Positions 28,336-38,234 of a stretch of 64,000 nucleotides of DNA are shown here, piece after piece. The stretch is from assembly GCA_035548375.1 (NCBI GenBank), contig DASZTG010000080.1, positions 81,185 through 145,184 on the forward strand, read 5' to 3'. Position numbers and translations under genes: made by a program. This stretch comes from Burkholderiales bacterium (GTDB taxonomy: Bacteria; Pseudomonadota; Gammaproteobacteria; Burkholderiales; JACQAP01). The notes under the pieces were generated by a model. The model saw only the letters and a program-made list of their open reading frames with translations, searched no databases and was not told where the DNA came from. Every line of letters starts with the position of its first letter. Positions within the stretch are counted from its first letter, which is position 1.

Positions 28336-29322
28336 CTATTTGCCGGCGGCTTCTTTCTCGGCCTCTTCTTCCAGTTTCTTGTAGTCGCGCGCTGCCTCGT
28401 GCAAGGCCTGGCGGCGGCTTTTTTCCAGGCCCTTGACGACGGCGACGACCGCCTCGTTGTAAGGCGTCGCGATGCCCAGCGCCTTGGCCTCGCGCACCAG
28501 CGCGCCGTTCAGCGCGTCGATCTCCGTGCGCCTGCCCTGCTCGATATGCTGCATCATCGATGGCTTGTTGTAGCGGATGCGGCAATGGTCCTTGATCTTC
28601 TTGCGCGGGTCTTTCTCGGGCAGGTCGAGCTTCTTGCGTTCCACCACCGCCATGATTTCGTCGATGACGCGATCCTGAAGCGCGCTGACCTCCGGCGTGC
28701 GATACATCTCCCCGCTGCGCAGCCCGGTGATCGCAGTCAGCGCGTTGACACCGCAATTCAGCACGAACTTGCCCCAGATCCAGTTCATCGGGTCGGGAAT
28801 GATTTCCGTCGGAATCTCGGCCTTGTTGAACATATCGACGACCTGCCTGACGCGCGCCGAATCGCGGCCGTCCAGTTCCCCCAGCGACGTCATGCCCACG
28901 TTCGTATAGGCCGAGCGTCCCGCGGCGGGGTTCGCCGCGCTGTTCATCGACACGCCGGCGATCACGCGCTCGCGCCCGAGTTCCTCGACCAGCGCCTCGA
29001 CGTTGCCTATGCCGTTCTGCAGGGTGAGCGCAAAGCCGTCCGGCTTCAGCAGCTTGCTTGCGGCCTTTGCCGCGTCGCGCGTCGAATTCGAATCGGTGAA
29101 TATGATGGCGAGGTCTCCCGCCGGCAGGCCCGCCGCATCCAGTTGCGCGGGAAGCTTGACCACGTGCGAGCCGCGCACGCCCTCGATCGCTATGCCGCCA
29201 TCGCGAATCTTGCCGATGTGATCCTGCCGAATGTCGATCAGCGTCACGTCGAAGCCCGCGCGCGAAAGCAGCCCGCCATAGACGCCGCCCATGGCGCCGG
29301 CGCCGATCATGTAGATTTTCAT
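28336..29322 (-). CDS. panE: 2-dehydropantoate 2-reductase (ApbA/PanE family)
   Basis: 328 aa. The ATG is preceded by GGAGGAG. MKIYMIGAGAMGGVYGGLLSRAGFDVTLID is a Rossmann N-terminus. Confidence 0.8.
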   Translation of the reverse strand: MKIYMIGAGAMGGVYGGLLSRAGFDVTLIDIRQDHIGKIRDGGIAIEGVRGSHVVKLPAQLDAAGLPAGDLAIIFTDSNSTRDAAKAASKLLKPDGFALTLQNGIGNVEALVEELGRERVIAGVSMNSAANPAAGRSAYTNVGMTSLGELDGRDSARVRQVVDMFNKAEIPTEIIPDPMNWIWGKFVLNCGVNALTAITGLRSGEMYRTPEVSALQDRVIDEIMAVVERKKLDLPEKDPRKKIKDHCRIRYNKPSMMQHIEQGRRTEIDALNGALVREAKALGIATPYNEAVVAVVKGLEKSRRQALHEAARDYKKLEEEAEKEAAGK

Positions 29323-29411
29323 TGCTCCTCCGGATTGGCAAGTCGGGAACCCGCGGCGCTTTTCCGGCGCCCCCTATCCCGGTTGGCCGCAAGCTTATAA
29401 CATTCCCCGCC

Positions 29412-30380
29412 ATGCCCGATTCGCCGACCTTCAGGACCGTCCGCACCAATGGCGTGAACCTGCGCTGCGTCGTCGAGGGCAACGGCCCGCTGGTGTTGAT
29501 GATCCACGGCTGGCCGGAGTCCTGGTATTCGTGGCGCCACCAGATCGGCCCCGTGCGCGATGCCGGTCACCGTGTCGTCGTTCCAGACGTGCGCGGCTAC
29601 GGCGGCAGCGACAAGCCGGACGCGGTCGAAGCCTATGACATGGAAAGTTTGATCGGCGACGTGATCGGGCTCATCGATCATTTCGACGAAGAACGGGCAA
29701 TCCTGTTCGGGCACGACTGGGGCGCACCCGTCGTCTGGAATACCACCGCGCTGCATCCCGACCGCGTAGACGCGGTTGCCGCCCTGTCGGTTCCCTACTC
29801 TCCGCGCGGCAAAGTCTCGTCGATCGACCTATGGCGCCAGATTTACGCGGGCCGCTTTTTCTACCAAATCTATTTCCAGCAACCCGGCCTGGCCGAAAGC
29901 GAATTCGAGGCCGACATCCGGCGATCCTTGCGCAAGATCTACTACGCCGGCTCCGGCGACTCGCCGAAGGGCATGTTCCGCGCGGACAAGAAGCCCGACG
30001 CACGCATGCTCGACGATCTTCCCGATCCGGACGTGCTGCCGGCGTGGCTGACCGAGCGCGACCTCGATTACTACGAGTTGCAGTTTCGCGAAAGCGGGTT
30101 TCGCGGGCCGCTGCACCGCTACCGCAACCAGCAACGCGACTGGGAACGCCTGCCGGCGCTGGCCGGCGCACGCATCACTCGGCCGGCGTGCTTCATCGCG
30201 GGACGCCGCGACGGCGTGCTGAAGTTCGTTCCCGATTTCGACATGGTCGCGAACATGAAACGCTGGACGGACGACCTGCGCGTCTGCGAAATCATCGAAG
30301 GCGCCGGCCACTGGATCCAGCAGGAAAGGCCGGACGAAGTGACGAAGCTGCTGGTCGGCTTCCTCGCAACATTGCGCTGA
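29412..30380 (+). CDS. alpha/beta hydrolase (epoxide-hydrolase-like)
   Basis: The internal ATG at 29412 of ORF 29322..30380. [16 protein letters not shown] and [10 protein letters not shown] (nucleophile elbow). Confidence 0.85.
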   Translation: MPDSPTFRTVRTNGVNLRCVVEGNGPLVLMIHGWPESWYSWRHQIGPVRDAGHRVVVPDVRGYGGSDKPDAVEAYDMESLIGDVIGLIDHFDEERAILFGHDWGAPVVWNTTALHPDRVDAVAALSVPYSPRGKVSSIDLWRQIYAGRFFYQIYFQQPGLAESEFEADIRRSLRKIYYAGSGDSPKGMFRADKKPDARMLDDLPDPDVLPAWLTERDLDYYELQFRESGFRGPLHRYRNQQRDWERLPALAGARITRPACFIAGRRDGVLKFVPDFDMVANMKRWTDDLRVCEIIEGAGHWIQQERPDEVTKLLVGFLATLR

Positions 30381-30396
30381 ACTGAAAAGGCACGAA

Positions 30397-31836
30397 GTGG
30401 CGAAATCCGCAAATAAACCCTCAGTCATGGGCAAGGCTCGCGGCGACGCCGCGCCGGCCGACGCGCTGGTCGTATTCGGCGTGACCGGCGACCTCGCCCA
30501 CAAGAAAATTTTCCCCGCTCTCTATGCGATGGCCAAGAGCGGCCTGCTCACCGTGCCGGTGATCGGCGTCGCATTCTCGGGATGGGATCTCGCCCGTTTG
30601 CGCAGGCATGCCGAGGAGTCCATCCGGAAAGCGGGAGAAGTCGATGACAAGCCGGCGCTGCACCGATTGCTTGCGCTGCTGCGTTATGTGGACGGCGATT
30701 ACAACGATCCAGCTACTTTCAGTGCCCTGCGCAAGACGCTCGGCGAGGCCATACGACCGGCGCACTACCTCGCCATTCCGCCCGCGTTATTCGCCACGGT
30801 CATAGACGGGCTGGGCGCCGCCGGCCTGGCCGATCACGCGCGCGTGATAGTGGAAAAACCCTTCGGGCGCGACCTGGCGTCGGCAAGGAAACTGAACGGC
30901 ATAGCACGCTCGGTGTTCGCGGAAGATGCGATATTCCGCATCGATCACTTCCTGGCCAAGGAAGCGATCATGAACATCCTGTACTTCCGATTCGCCAATG
31001 CATTCCTCGAGCCGATCTGGAATCGCAACTACGTGGCCAGCGTCCAGATCACCATGGCCGAGAGCTTCGGCGTCGAAGGCCGCGGCGCGTTCTACGAGAC
31101 GGCGGGCTGCCTGCGCGACGTGATCGAGAACCACCTGTTCCAGATCGTCGCCCTGCTCGCGATGGAGCCGCCGAGCTACCGCGGTTTCGGCGCGGTTCAC
31201 GGCGAGACGGCGGACGTGCTCCAGGCCATGCGCCCGTTGAAGCGGGCCGACGTCGTGCGCGGCCAGTACGCCGGCTATCGCAAGGAGGCCGGTGTCGCGA
31301 AAAAATCCGACGTCGAGACATTCTGCGCGCTGCGGCTATTCATCGATTCATGGCGCTGGGAAGGCGTGCCCTGGTACCTGCGATCGGGCAAATGCCTGCC
31401 GGGCACCGCGACCGAGGTCCTGGTCCAACTCAAGCGGCCGCCGCAAAAATTGTTCGCCGATTCCGCGACGGCGGGAACACCCAACTACCTGCGCTTTCGT
31501 CTGTCCCCCGATTCCACCATCGCGCTCGCCGCTCGCGTCAAGCGCGCCGGGAAAGCGTTCGTCGGCGACCAGTATGAATTGACCCTCGTCGACGAACAGC
31601 ATGAAGAGCAGACCTCGTACGCGCGGCTGCTGAGCGACGCCATGGCGGGCGACGGCGCGCTGTTCACGCGCGAGGATGCCGTGGAGGCCGCGTGGTCGGT
31701 GGTCGATCCGGTCCTGACGAAACCCCGGCCGGTGTCGATGTACAAGCGCGGGAGCTGGGGACCGGAGGAAGCCGATGCGCTCTTTGCGAAAAACGGCGGA
31801 TGGCACAACCCGATTTTCAGCGGGAAACGGAAATGA
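30397..31836 (+). CDS. zwf: glucose-6-phosphate dehydrogenase
   Basis: 479 aa. [18 protein letters not shown] and [10 protein letters not shown] signatures. GTG start at 30397, with an alternative ATG at 30427. Confidence 0.9.
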   Translation: MAKSANKPSVMGKARGDAAPADALVVFGVTGDLAHKKIFPALYAMAKSGLLTVPVIGVAFSGWDLARLRRHAEESIRKAGEVDDKPALHRLLALLRYVDGDYNDPATFSALRKTLGEAIRPAHYLAIPPALFATVIDGLGAAGLADHARVIVEKPFGRDLASARKLNGIARSVFAEDAIFRIDHFLAKEAIMNILYFRFANAFLEPIWNRNYVASVQITMAESFGVEGRGAFYETAGCLRDVIENHLFQIVALLAMEPPSYRGFGAVHGETADVLQAMRPLKRADVVRGQYAGYRKEAGVAKKSDVETFCALRLFIDSWRWEGVPWYLRSGKCLPGTATEVLVQLKRPPQKLFADSATAGTPNYLRFRLSPDSTIALAARVKRAGKAFVGDQYELTLVDEQHEEQTSYARLLSDAMAGDGALFTREDAVEAAWSVVDPVLTKPRPVSMYKRGSWGPEEADALFAKNGGWHNPIFSGKRK

Positions 31837-32498
31837 ACGAAGTGGTATTCCTGATCGACGTAGACAACACGCTGCTCGACAACGATCGCGTGCAGAATGA
31901 CCTGCGCGAACACCTCGAGCATGAATTCGGAGCGAAGGCCCGCGAGCGTTACTGGCGGATTTTCGATGAGCTTTTCGAAACACTCGGCTACGCGGACTAC
32001 CTGGGCGCGCTGCAGCGCTACCGCATCGGCGAATTGACCGACCCGCGCCTGCTGCGGATGTCGTCTTACCTGCTCGACTATCCTTTCGCCGACCGGCTCT
32101 ATCCGGGGGCGCTCGACACCGTTGCGCACCTGCGCAAATGGGGTCCGACCGTCATCCTCTCCGATGGAGACGCGGTATTCCAGCCGCGCAAGATCCAGCG
32201 CTCGGGGATTTGGGATGCCGTGGAAGGCCGGGTGCTGGTCTACATCCACAAGGAGGAAATGCTCGATGACATCAGGCGGCACTATCCGGCCCGCCGCTAC
32301 GTCATGATCGATGACAAGCTGCGCATCCTCGCCGCAATGAAAAAGACCTGGGGTCCTGCGCTGACGACGGTGTTTCCGCGCCAGGGGCATTTCGCGCTCG
32401 ACCCGCAGGCCGTGCTCGCCTATCCGGCGGCGGACGTAACGGTCGAAACAATCGGTGAACTGGCGCGGTTCGAAAGAAGCGCCTTGCTGGCGACCTAG
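31833..32498 (+). CDS. HAD-superfamily hydrolase
   Basis: ATG 31833 overlaps the zwf stop (ATGA). [18 protein letters not shown] (DxDxT motif I) and ...VILSDGD. Confidence 0.7.
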   Translation: MNEVVFLIDVDNTLLDNDRVQNDLREHLEHEFGAKARERYWRIFDELFETLGYADYLGALQRYRIGELTDPRLLRMSSYLLDYPFADRLYPGALDTVAHLRKWGPTVILSDGDAVFQPRKIQRSGIWDAVEGRVLVYIHKEEMLDDIRRHYPARRYVMIDDKLRILAAMKKTWGPALTTVFPRQGHFALDPQAVLAYPAADVTVETIGELARFERSALLAT

Positions 32499-32555
32499 GG
32501 ACCGCCGCCCTTACCGGCTACAATTCCGCACCATCCATTTCCGCTTGGGCATTCC

Positions 32556-32900
32556 ATGGCAGCCACCAAAACAGCAACAGGCCTCGTGATCGAGGAACTC
32601 ATCGTCGGCGACGGGGACGTCGCCGAATCCGGCCAGCATGTCACCGTGCATTACACCGGCTGGCTGACCAACGGCAGCAAGTTCGACTCCAGCAAGGATC
32701 GCGACGATCCGTTCATGTTCGGGCTCGGCCAGGGCCAGGTGATTCGTGGCTGGGACGAAGGCGTGCGAGGCATGAAGGTCGGCGGCAAGCGCAAGCTGAC
32801 GATTCCGCCCGAGCTCGGTTACGGCGCGCGCGGCGCCGGCGGCGTCATCCCGCCCAATGCGACCCTGGTGTTCGAGGTGGAACTGCTGGGCGTGAACTGA
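32556..32900 (+). CDS. FKBP-type peptidyl-prolyl cis-trans isomerase
   Basis: 114 aa. [16 protein letters not shown]...[11 protein letters not shown]...[14 protein letters not shown]. Confidence 0.9.
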   Translation: MAATKTATGLVIEELIVGDGDVAESGQHVTVHYTGWLTNGSKFDSSKDRDDPFMFGLGQGQVIRGWDEGVRGMKVGGKRKLTIPPELGYGARGAGGVIPPNATLVFEVELLGVN

Positions 32901-34206
32901 TCGCCATCTGCGACTGCAGTCGCTGGCGCACGAGGTTCACGTTCTGGCGGAAGGCGTAGAGATTGTCGGTGTAGGCAAGCGGCGTGTTGATGCGATTCAC
33001 CGCGCGCTCGATCTCGTCGAGCCGCCCGAGAAGTTCCACCAGTCGCTCCGGCGACGAATTGGCGTCCTGCTCCAGCTCGACTTCCTTGAGCTTTGCATAC
33101 CAGCGATAGATGCGTGACCGCGCGCGCCAGCGATAAACGGCGGGAATGACGCGGCCGAGCGGAACCAGCAACGCCAGCACCGGCAGCAGCGTGATCCACA
33201 AGCGGTCCACGAGCACCGCCGCCCAGTAGGGAAGATAGCGTTGCAGGAAGGGTGGGCCGGATTTGTAGTAGCGCCTGGCCTCTTCGCTCAGCGGAAACTC
33301 CGCATTCAGCGGCGCCGGGAACTCGCCTGCCTTGTGCAGCAGGCCCGAGCCGCCGTGCACCTCGGTCGCCGCACGCATCAGCAGGAAAGCCAGCGCCGGA
33401 TGCAACCCATCCACCGCGAGCAGGTTTGCCGTCGGCGACACCAGGGTCACGTCGCGTGCGGGAATGTTCTTCACGAAATCGAACACGCCCTGCGGCAGGG
33501 TGAGTTTCGTGAGCGATGGAAAGCGGCGGACGTAAGCGTCCGCGCGATCCAGGCTGAGCAGGCGAATGCCGGGCGCGGCCATCAGTTGCTCGACCAGCGG
33601 CGATTCGGGCGGCCCGACCAGGAAGAAAGCGTCGATCTGTCCCGCCAGCAGCAGCTCCGTCGCATCGCGCCCGCTGTACGGCATCATCACGGTGGGCGGC
33701 ATTACGGCGGCATTGACCGCCAGCAACTGCAAGGCGAGCGCGCGCGTTCCGCTCTCCTCGGGTCCGATGGCGAGGCGCTTGCCCTGCAGGCCGCCGAAAT
33801 CGTGGATCTCGTTACCGCGGTAAAAAACCCACAGTGGCTCGTAATAAATGCTGCCGAGCGATACAAGGTCGGGCGCATTTGCCGCGAACGCCGATCCGCC
33901 TTGCAGGAAACCCACCTCGACGTCGGAGCTGTCGTCTATCAGCCGGCTGACGTTCTCCTGCGAGCCGGCGGACGGTCGCAACTCCAGCTTGACGCCGTCG
34001 CGCGCGAGTATTTCCTGGTAGCGCACGGCGAACATGTGATAGCCGCCGTCGACCGCACCCGTCGAGATCACGATCGAATTCGGCGGCGCCGGCTCGACGA
34101 AGCGAAACGCGAGCAGGAACAGAACCAGCGCCACCGCCAGGACCGTGGCCATGGTGATCCACAGGTCACGCCGGCTCAGGTCGCGAAGCTTCCCGGGCTT
34201 GATCAT
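32845..34206 (-). CDS. TAXI-family TRAP-type solute-binding domain protein with N- and C-terminal TM segments
   Basis: 453 aa. N-terminal TM helix, then [44 protein letters not shown] (TAXI-like), and a C-terminal TM plus coiled tail. The last 56 nt overlap the FKBP gene 3' end. Confidence 0.7.
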   Translation of the reverse strand: MIKPGKLRDLSRRDLWITMATVLAVALVLFLLAFRFVEPAPPNSIVISTGAVDGGYHMFAVRYQEILARDGVKLELRPSAGSQENVSRLIDDSSDVEVGFLQGGSAFAANAPDLVSLGSIYYEPLWVFYRGNEIHDFGGLQGKRLAIGPEESGTRALALQLLAVNAAVMPPTVMMPYSGRDATELLLAGQIDAFFLVGPPESPLVEQLMAAPGIRLLSLDRADAYVRRFPSLTKLTLPQGVFDFVKNIPARDVTLVSPTANLLAVDGLHPALAFLLMRAATEVHGGSGLLHKAGEFPAPLNAEFPLSEEARRYYKSGPPFLQRYLPYWAAVLVDRLWITLLPVLALLVPLGRVIPAVYRWRARSRIYRWYAKLKEVELEQDANSSPERLVELLGRLDEIERAVNRINTPLAYTDNLYAFRQNVNLVRQRLQSQMAISSRPAVPPRTPGSHWAG

Positions 34207-34302
34207 GCCTGCGGTATGGCTACGGGCGGGGAAGCCGCAGCGCGCCAGGAGATCGCCTCAGGCGTGCTCTGCCTGTGCAACCGGCCGCCCTTTGCATCGA
34301 CT

Positions 34303-35394
34303 TCACTTGGCGTTCGACTGCGTGTAATTCTTCGGCGGCAGGAACACGGAATCGTGCACCGCTTCGACCTTGTGCGACTTCACTTCCGCCGTGAACGAGA
34401 AAATCGGCTTGTCGCCGAAGTCCTTCGTGGCCTCGTCCACCTTCTTTTTGGCGAAGTAGTCCGTGATGCTCGACATGAGGTCGCCCTTGCTCGACGACGA
34501 CTTGTCCGACCCGCCATCGGCCTGCGTCGATGCACATGCGTCGCCCTTCAGGTTCCACGCGAGTTGCGTCATGATCGGATAGCCCTTGATCTTCTGTATC
34601 TCCGTCCCTGCTTTCAGGAAGGCCGCGCGATCGGCGGGGGTCAGGAGCCGAGAGATGTAGGCGTTGATGACTTTCGCCGCCTCCTCCGGCACGACCTGCG
34701 TTTTCTGGCCGTTGGTGGCCACCGTCACCAGCGCGTTGGCGAAATTCCTGGCATACGCCTGCTCGATCGCATTTGCTTCCTTGAGTTGCGCGGTCACCGG
34801 CGTCGTCCACACGTCGACGTTCAGCGTGCTGACGGTCTTGCGCGCGGTCGGGTCCTGCAAGGTGACCAGCCATACCGCCTGGTATTGCTCGGTGTCGAAG
34901 CCGTTGATGCTCTTCTTCTGGCCGGTTTGCTTGACGTTGAACGCGGCACTTGCGATCTTGACCTTGCAGTCGGTGTCCTTGGGTTTTTCCTCGGCCTTCT
35001 TTTCCTCGGGCTCTTTCTTTGCCGGCTTGTCCACCGGGCCGCCGCAACCCTTCAACGGGCATTCTGTGTAGGTTTTTTCCTTCACGTCCAGCGTATAGAT
35101 GACCTTCTTGTCGAGGCGCTCGATGCGGGAGTGGTTGTTGGTGCCGACCAGGAAGCGTGTCACGGTCCCCGTGCCCTTGAACACAGAATCGTCGCGATGC
35201 ATGTCGGCACGCGTGTAGGCCTTGCTGGTGCCCTCGAAAGGCAGGAAGCCCTTGATGCCGTCGCTGACCAGGTGGGTTTCCAGGACGGCCGTCGAATTCG
35301 ACGGCGTGGTATCCGGCTCTTCCTTGATTTTTTCGAGCGTAGAGCAGCCGGCGAAAGTCAGCAGCGCGAGCGCGCCGCACAGGCAGCGGAACAT
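34303..35394 (-). CDS. putative lipoprotein, function unknown
   Basis: 363 aa. MFRCLCGALALLTFAGCS has a lipobox (LTFAGC). The rest is hydrophilic and Lys/Thr-rich. Confidence 0.6.
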   Translation of the reverse strand: MFRCLCGALALLTFAGCSTLEKIKEEPDTTPSNSTAVLETHLVSDGIKGFLPFEGTSKAYTRADMHRDDSVFKGTGTVTRFLVGTNNHSRIERLDKKVIYTLDVKEKTYTECPLKGCGGPVDKPAKKEPEEKKAEEKPKDTDCKVKIASAAFNVKQTGQKKSINGFDTEQYQAVWLVTLQDPTARKTVSTLNVDVWTTPVTAQLKEANAIEQAYARNFANALVTVATNGQKTQVVPEEAAKVINAYISRLLTPADRAAFLKAGTEIQKIKGYPIMTQLAWNLKGDACASTQADGGSDKSSSSKGDLMSSITDYFAKKKVDEATKDFGDKPIFSFTAEVKSHKVEAVHDSVFLPPKNYTQSNAK

Positions 35395-35472
35395 GGTCTT
35401 CCCCCTTGGAAACCGCGATGCCGCAGTGTAGCCGGTTGCCGCGGCCTCAGGCCGGACGCCGGGTATCCGGAA

Positions 35473-35973
35473 TCAGGATTCTTCCAGCACGTTCGCGAGG
35501 GCGCGATAGCGTGCGATCAGGTGCTCGACGACCGGCTCGGGATCCTTTGCCCACAGGTTCTCGATCGAGGAATCCTCCTCCGAATCCGAATCGACCGTAG
35601 TGGCCAGCACGTCGCCGTCTTCCTGCAGGTTGTGGCTCAGCGTCGCGATGAGCTCGGGATAGTGGATCGAAACCGCGTCGCCGGTGCCGGCGCCCTCCTG
35701 CACCTGGGACTGGACCAGCGTCGCCAGGTATTCAAGGTCGGGGCCCGCGCCCGCGGCCTTGAGCGCCTCGGGATCGCTGGCGGCAAGGTGCTCGAGCAAG
35801 TCCAGGGTTTCGCGCTCCTGCGCGAACAGCGCCCCCGAGACGATTTCGGAATAGGTCAGGTCGAGCGAGACGACCAGGTGGTCGCATTCTCCGGCCCGCA
35901 GTTCGCAGACGGGACAGCGGTCGCCGGACGGGAAATCCTCGTCGTCGTCGGGTTGCGACAGGGAAGGTGCCAT
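35473..35973 (-). CDS. acidic hypothetical protein with a CxxC-x6-CxH motif
   Basis: The internal ATG (complement of 35971-35973) of ORF 35473..36042. MAPSLSQPDDDEDFPSGDRCPVCELRAGECDH.... Strongly acidic, with no recognised family. Confidence 0.45.
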   Translation of the reverse strand: MAPSLSQPDDDEDFPSGDRCPVCELRAGECDHLVVSLDLTYSEIVSGALFAQERETLDLLEHLAASDPEALKAAGAGPDLEYLATLVQSQVQEGAGTGDAVSIHYPELIATLSHNLQEDGDVLATTVDSDSEEDSSIENLWAKDPEPVVEHLIARYRALANVLEES

Positions 35974-36013
35974 GGTTTGGCTTGCGGTGAATTCCTGCGA
36001 GGTTTGCGAAACG

Positions 36014-36163
36014 TCAACGCCGGCGCGGCGGCGGATCCTCAACCGGCGGCGGAATGTCCGTCGGCGGCGGATCCTGCACCGGTTTCGGATCGTCGATCGG
36101 CGGTGGCTGGACCGGCTTGCCCGGCCCGATCGGCGGATAGTCCGGCGTCGGCAATGAACCCAT
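36014..36163 (-). CDS. possible 49-aa proline-rich micro-protein
   Basis: My translation: MGSLPTPDYPPIGPGKPVQPPPIDDPKPVQDPPPTDIPPPVEDPPPRRR. Third positions are mostly G/C. It is below the ORF-track length cutoff and has no clear SD sequence. Confidence 0.25.
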   Translation of the reverse strand: MGSLPTPDYPPIGPGKPVQPPPIDDPKPVQDPPPTDIPPPVEDPPPRRR

Positions 36164-36196
36164 GATATCCAGCAGACAGGCTTTGCGCAGCCGAGT

Positions 36197-36454
36197 TCAC
36201 CGCGTCACTCCCGCCGCGACCAGGGCGACCTTTTCCTGCCGCCCCATGGCCTTGATCTCGTGCTCCCGTCGCAGTGCCAGCGAGCGCGACGCCACTTCCT
36301 CGCGATAGACCAGCGTGACGGGCCGCCGCCCTCGCGTATAGCTTGCACCGAGCCGGTTGCTCGAATTGTGCTCGTCGATGCGACGCGACAGGTCGCGCGC
36401 GATTCCGGTGTAGAACGTACCGTCGGCACAGCGCAGGATGTAGACGTACCACAT
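36197..36454 (-). CDS. GIY-YIG nuclease family protein (UPF0213-like)
   Basis: 85 aa. MWYVYILRCADGTFYTGIARDLSRRIDEHN... is the classic GIY-YIG N-terminus. Confidence 0.85.
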   Translation of the reverse strand: MWYVYILRCADGTFYTGIARDLSRRIDEHNSSNRLGASYTRGRRPVTLVYREEVASRSLALRREHEIKAMGRQEKVALVAAGVTR

Positions 36455-36496
36455 GGGAGTCGACGGTTAACGGTGAACAGCGATCAGTGAGCGGCT

Positions 36497-36599
36497 AATG
36501 TGAATGGGGAAGGGAGAATGGTAAGTGCCCTGGAGCTCTAAAGCCTTTACCCTTCATGCATTCCCCCTTCTCCCTTCCCCATTCACGCAATCCCTTCAC
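36497..36599. repeat. GTGAATG/GGGAAGG-unit inverted-repeat element between tandem minus-strand genes
   Basis: GTGAATGGGGAAGGGAGAA in the left arm is perfectly complementary to TTCTCCCTTCCCCATTCAC in the right arm. The loop contains GCTCTAAAGC, which is also found in the element at 58528-58712. Confidence 0.85.
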
Positions 36600-37246
36600 T
36601 GTTCTCCGCTTCTTCCTGCAACCAGCCGGCGAAGCTCCGCCACCTCTTCCCGCAGGGCCGCCACCTCGGCCCGCAGCACTGCAAGCGCGCCTTCCGGTTC
36701 GGCCGCCGGCGCGGCGCGCGGCGCGCCGGGATCGACCGGGCCATTGAGCAAATGCATCCAGCGATGCTCGCGCGCACCGGGCACTTTCGCCAGCCTTACC
36801 GCGAGCGGCCCGCTCGCGCGCTCGGCCATTTCGTCTAGATAGGCTTCCACGCTGGAAAGGTCCGCGAACTGGTACATGCGCTCGCACGCGGTGCGCAATT
36901 CACCCGGTGTCTGCGCGCCGCGCAGCATCAGCGTGACGAGCAGCGCGGTCGTGCCGGCGTCGGTGCCGAGCACCTGCGAAAGGTTATGCGCATAGCGCAC
37001 GACACGGCGCGATGCGCCCCAGCTTTGCGTGACGAATTTCCTGTCCCTCAAGCCGTCCAGGGCCGCCTGCACCTCGTCTTCCGCCACGTTCATGACCGGA
37101 TCGCGGCTGGTCTTCTGGTTGCACCCGGCGACGAGCGCGTTCAACGAAAGCGGATAGTAATCGGGCGTGGTGAGCTGCTTTTCGACCAGCACGCCGACGA
37201 CACGGATCTCGAGCGCGGACAGCACGGGCAAATTCGATTCGGACAT
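36596..37246 (-). CDS. yceH: YceH-family (DUF480) protein
   Basis: 216 aa. LSALEIRVVGVLVEKQLTTPDYYPLSLNALVAGCNQKTSRDPVM. Confidence 0.85.
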   Translation of the reverse strand: MSESNLPVLSALEIRVVGVLVEKQLTTPDYYPLSLNALVAGCNQKTSRDPVMNVAEDEVQAALDGLRDRKFVTQSWGASRRVVRYAHNLSQVLGTDAGTTALLVTLMLRGAQTPGELRTACERMYQFADLSSVEAYLDEMAERASGPLAVRLAKVPGAREHRWMHLLNGPVDPGAPRAAPAAEPEGALAVLRAEVAALREEVAELRRLVAGRSGEQ

Positions 37247-37368
37247 GGGGAAAAGCGCAAAACGGGATGCGCGATTCTACCGGTACGCGCGCGCTTCGTA
37301 TGGCGCGGCCTCACCGGCGTGGCGGCCTTCCCGTATGATTCGGCAACCCGACGACCGCGTGCCCTCCC

Positions 37369-38220
37369 TTGCGCCTTTCCCGTCTCGCCTGCGCCTTCGC
37401 CAGCGTCGCCTGCATGTCAGGCGTCGCGGCAATGGCGCAATCGCTGCCGAAGTCTTCGCCCGTGCCGGGCGGTGTCGCGATCGTGAAACTGGGCAGCGAG
37501 GAGCAGGCGCCCATCGCAAGGCTGGGCGACAATCGGGTTCTCGTCGCCAACGGAGACGACGGCTGGATCGCGCTGGTCGGCATCCCGCTGGAGACTGCCG
37601 CGGGCACCAGGTTGTCGCTGGCGGTCGAGCACGCGAGCGGCACCAGATCGACCGTCAAGGTCGCGGTGTCCACCAAGAAATACGCGACGCAACGCCTGAC
37701 CGTGAAGCCCGGCCAGGTCGACCTGTCTGCCGAAGACCAGGCGCGCTATGAAGGCGAACGCACGCACCTGTCGGAAATGCGCAAGACCTTTTCCGAGGCC
37801 CTCCCCGAATCGCTGCGACTGGCGCAGCCCTGCGAAGGCAAGCGCACCGGCACCTATGGCCAGCGCCGCTTCTTCAACGGCCAGGCCCGCAATCCCCACA
37901 ACGGCATGGACATTCCCGCACCGCAAGGCACGCCTGTCGTCGCCGCGGGGGAGGCGACCGTCCTCGACGTCGGCGATTATTTCTTTTCGGGGAATACCGT
38001 GATGCTCGATCACGGCCAGGGCTTGCTCACGCTCTACGCCCACCTGAGCGCAGTGGAAGTCAAGCCCGGGGACAGGGTCGCCACGGGTGCCGTCATCGGC
38101 CGCGTCGGCGCGACCGGTCGCGTCACCGGCTCGCACCTGCATTTCAGCGTCTTCCTGAATTCGGTTGCGGTCGATCCGGCGCTGTTCCTGCCTGCGGAGG
38201 ATGCCAGCGGCGCGAAATGA
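37369..38220 (+). CDS. M23-family peptidoglycan metalloendopeptidase
   Basis: 283 aa with a TTG start giving a signal peptide. HNGMDIPAPQGTPVVAAG...LDHGQGLLTLYAHLS...GSHLHFSV (HxxxD / HxH motifs). Confidence 0.85.
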   Translation: MRLSRLACAFASVACMSGVAAMAQSLPKSSPVPGGVAIVKLGSEEQAPIARLGDNRVLVANGDDGWIALVGIPLETAAGTRLSLAVEHASGTRSTVKVAVSTKKYATQRLTVKPGQVDLSAEDQARYEGERTHLSEMRKTFSEALPESLRLAQPCEGKRTGTYGQRRFFNGQARNPHNGMDIPAPQGTPVVAAGEATVLDVGDYFFSGNTVMLDHGQGLLTLYAHLSAVEVKPGDRVATGAVIGRVGATGRVTGSHLHFSVFLNSVAVDPALFLPAEDASGAK

Positions 38221-38234
38221 AGCGCAATGTCGCG

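Noticed and set aside
27788-29482. 564-aa ORF
   Set aside because: Only the last 131 aa (MAPEG) look genuine. The upstream part is antisense to or overlaps panE and is low-complexity Arg/Gly-rich sequence.
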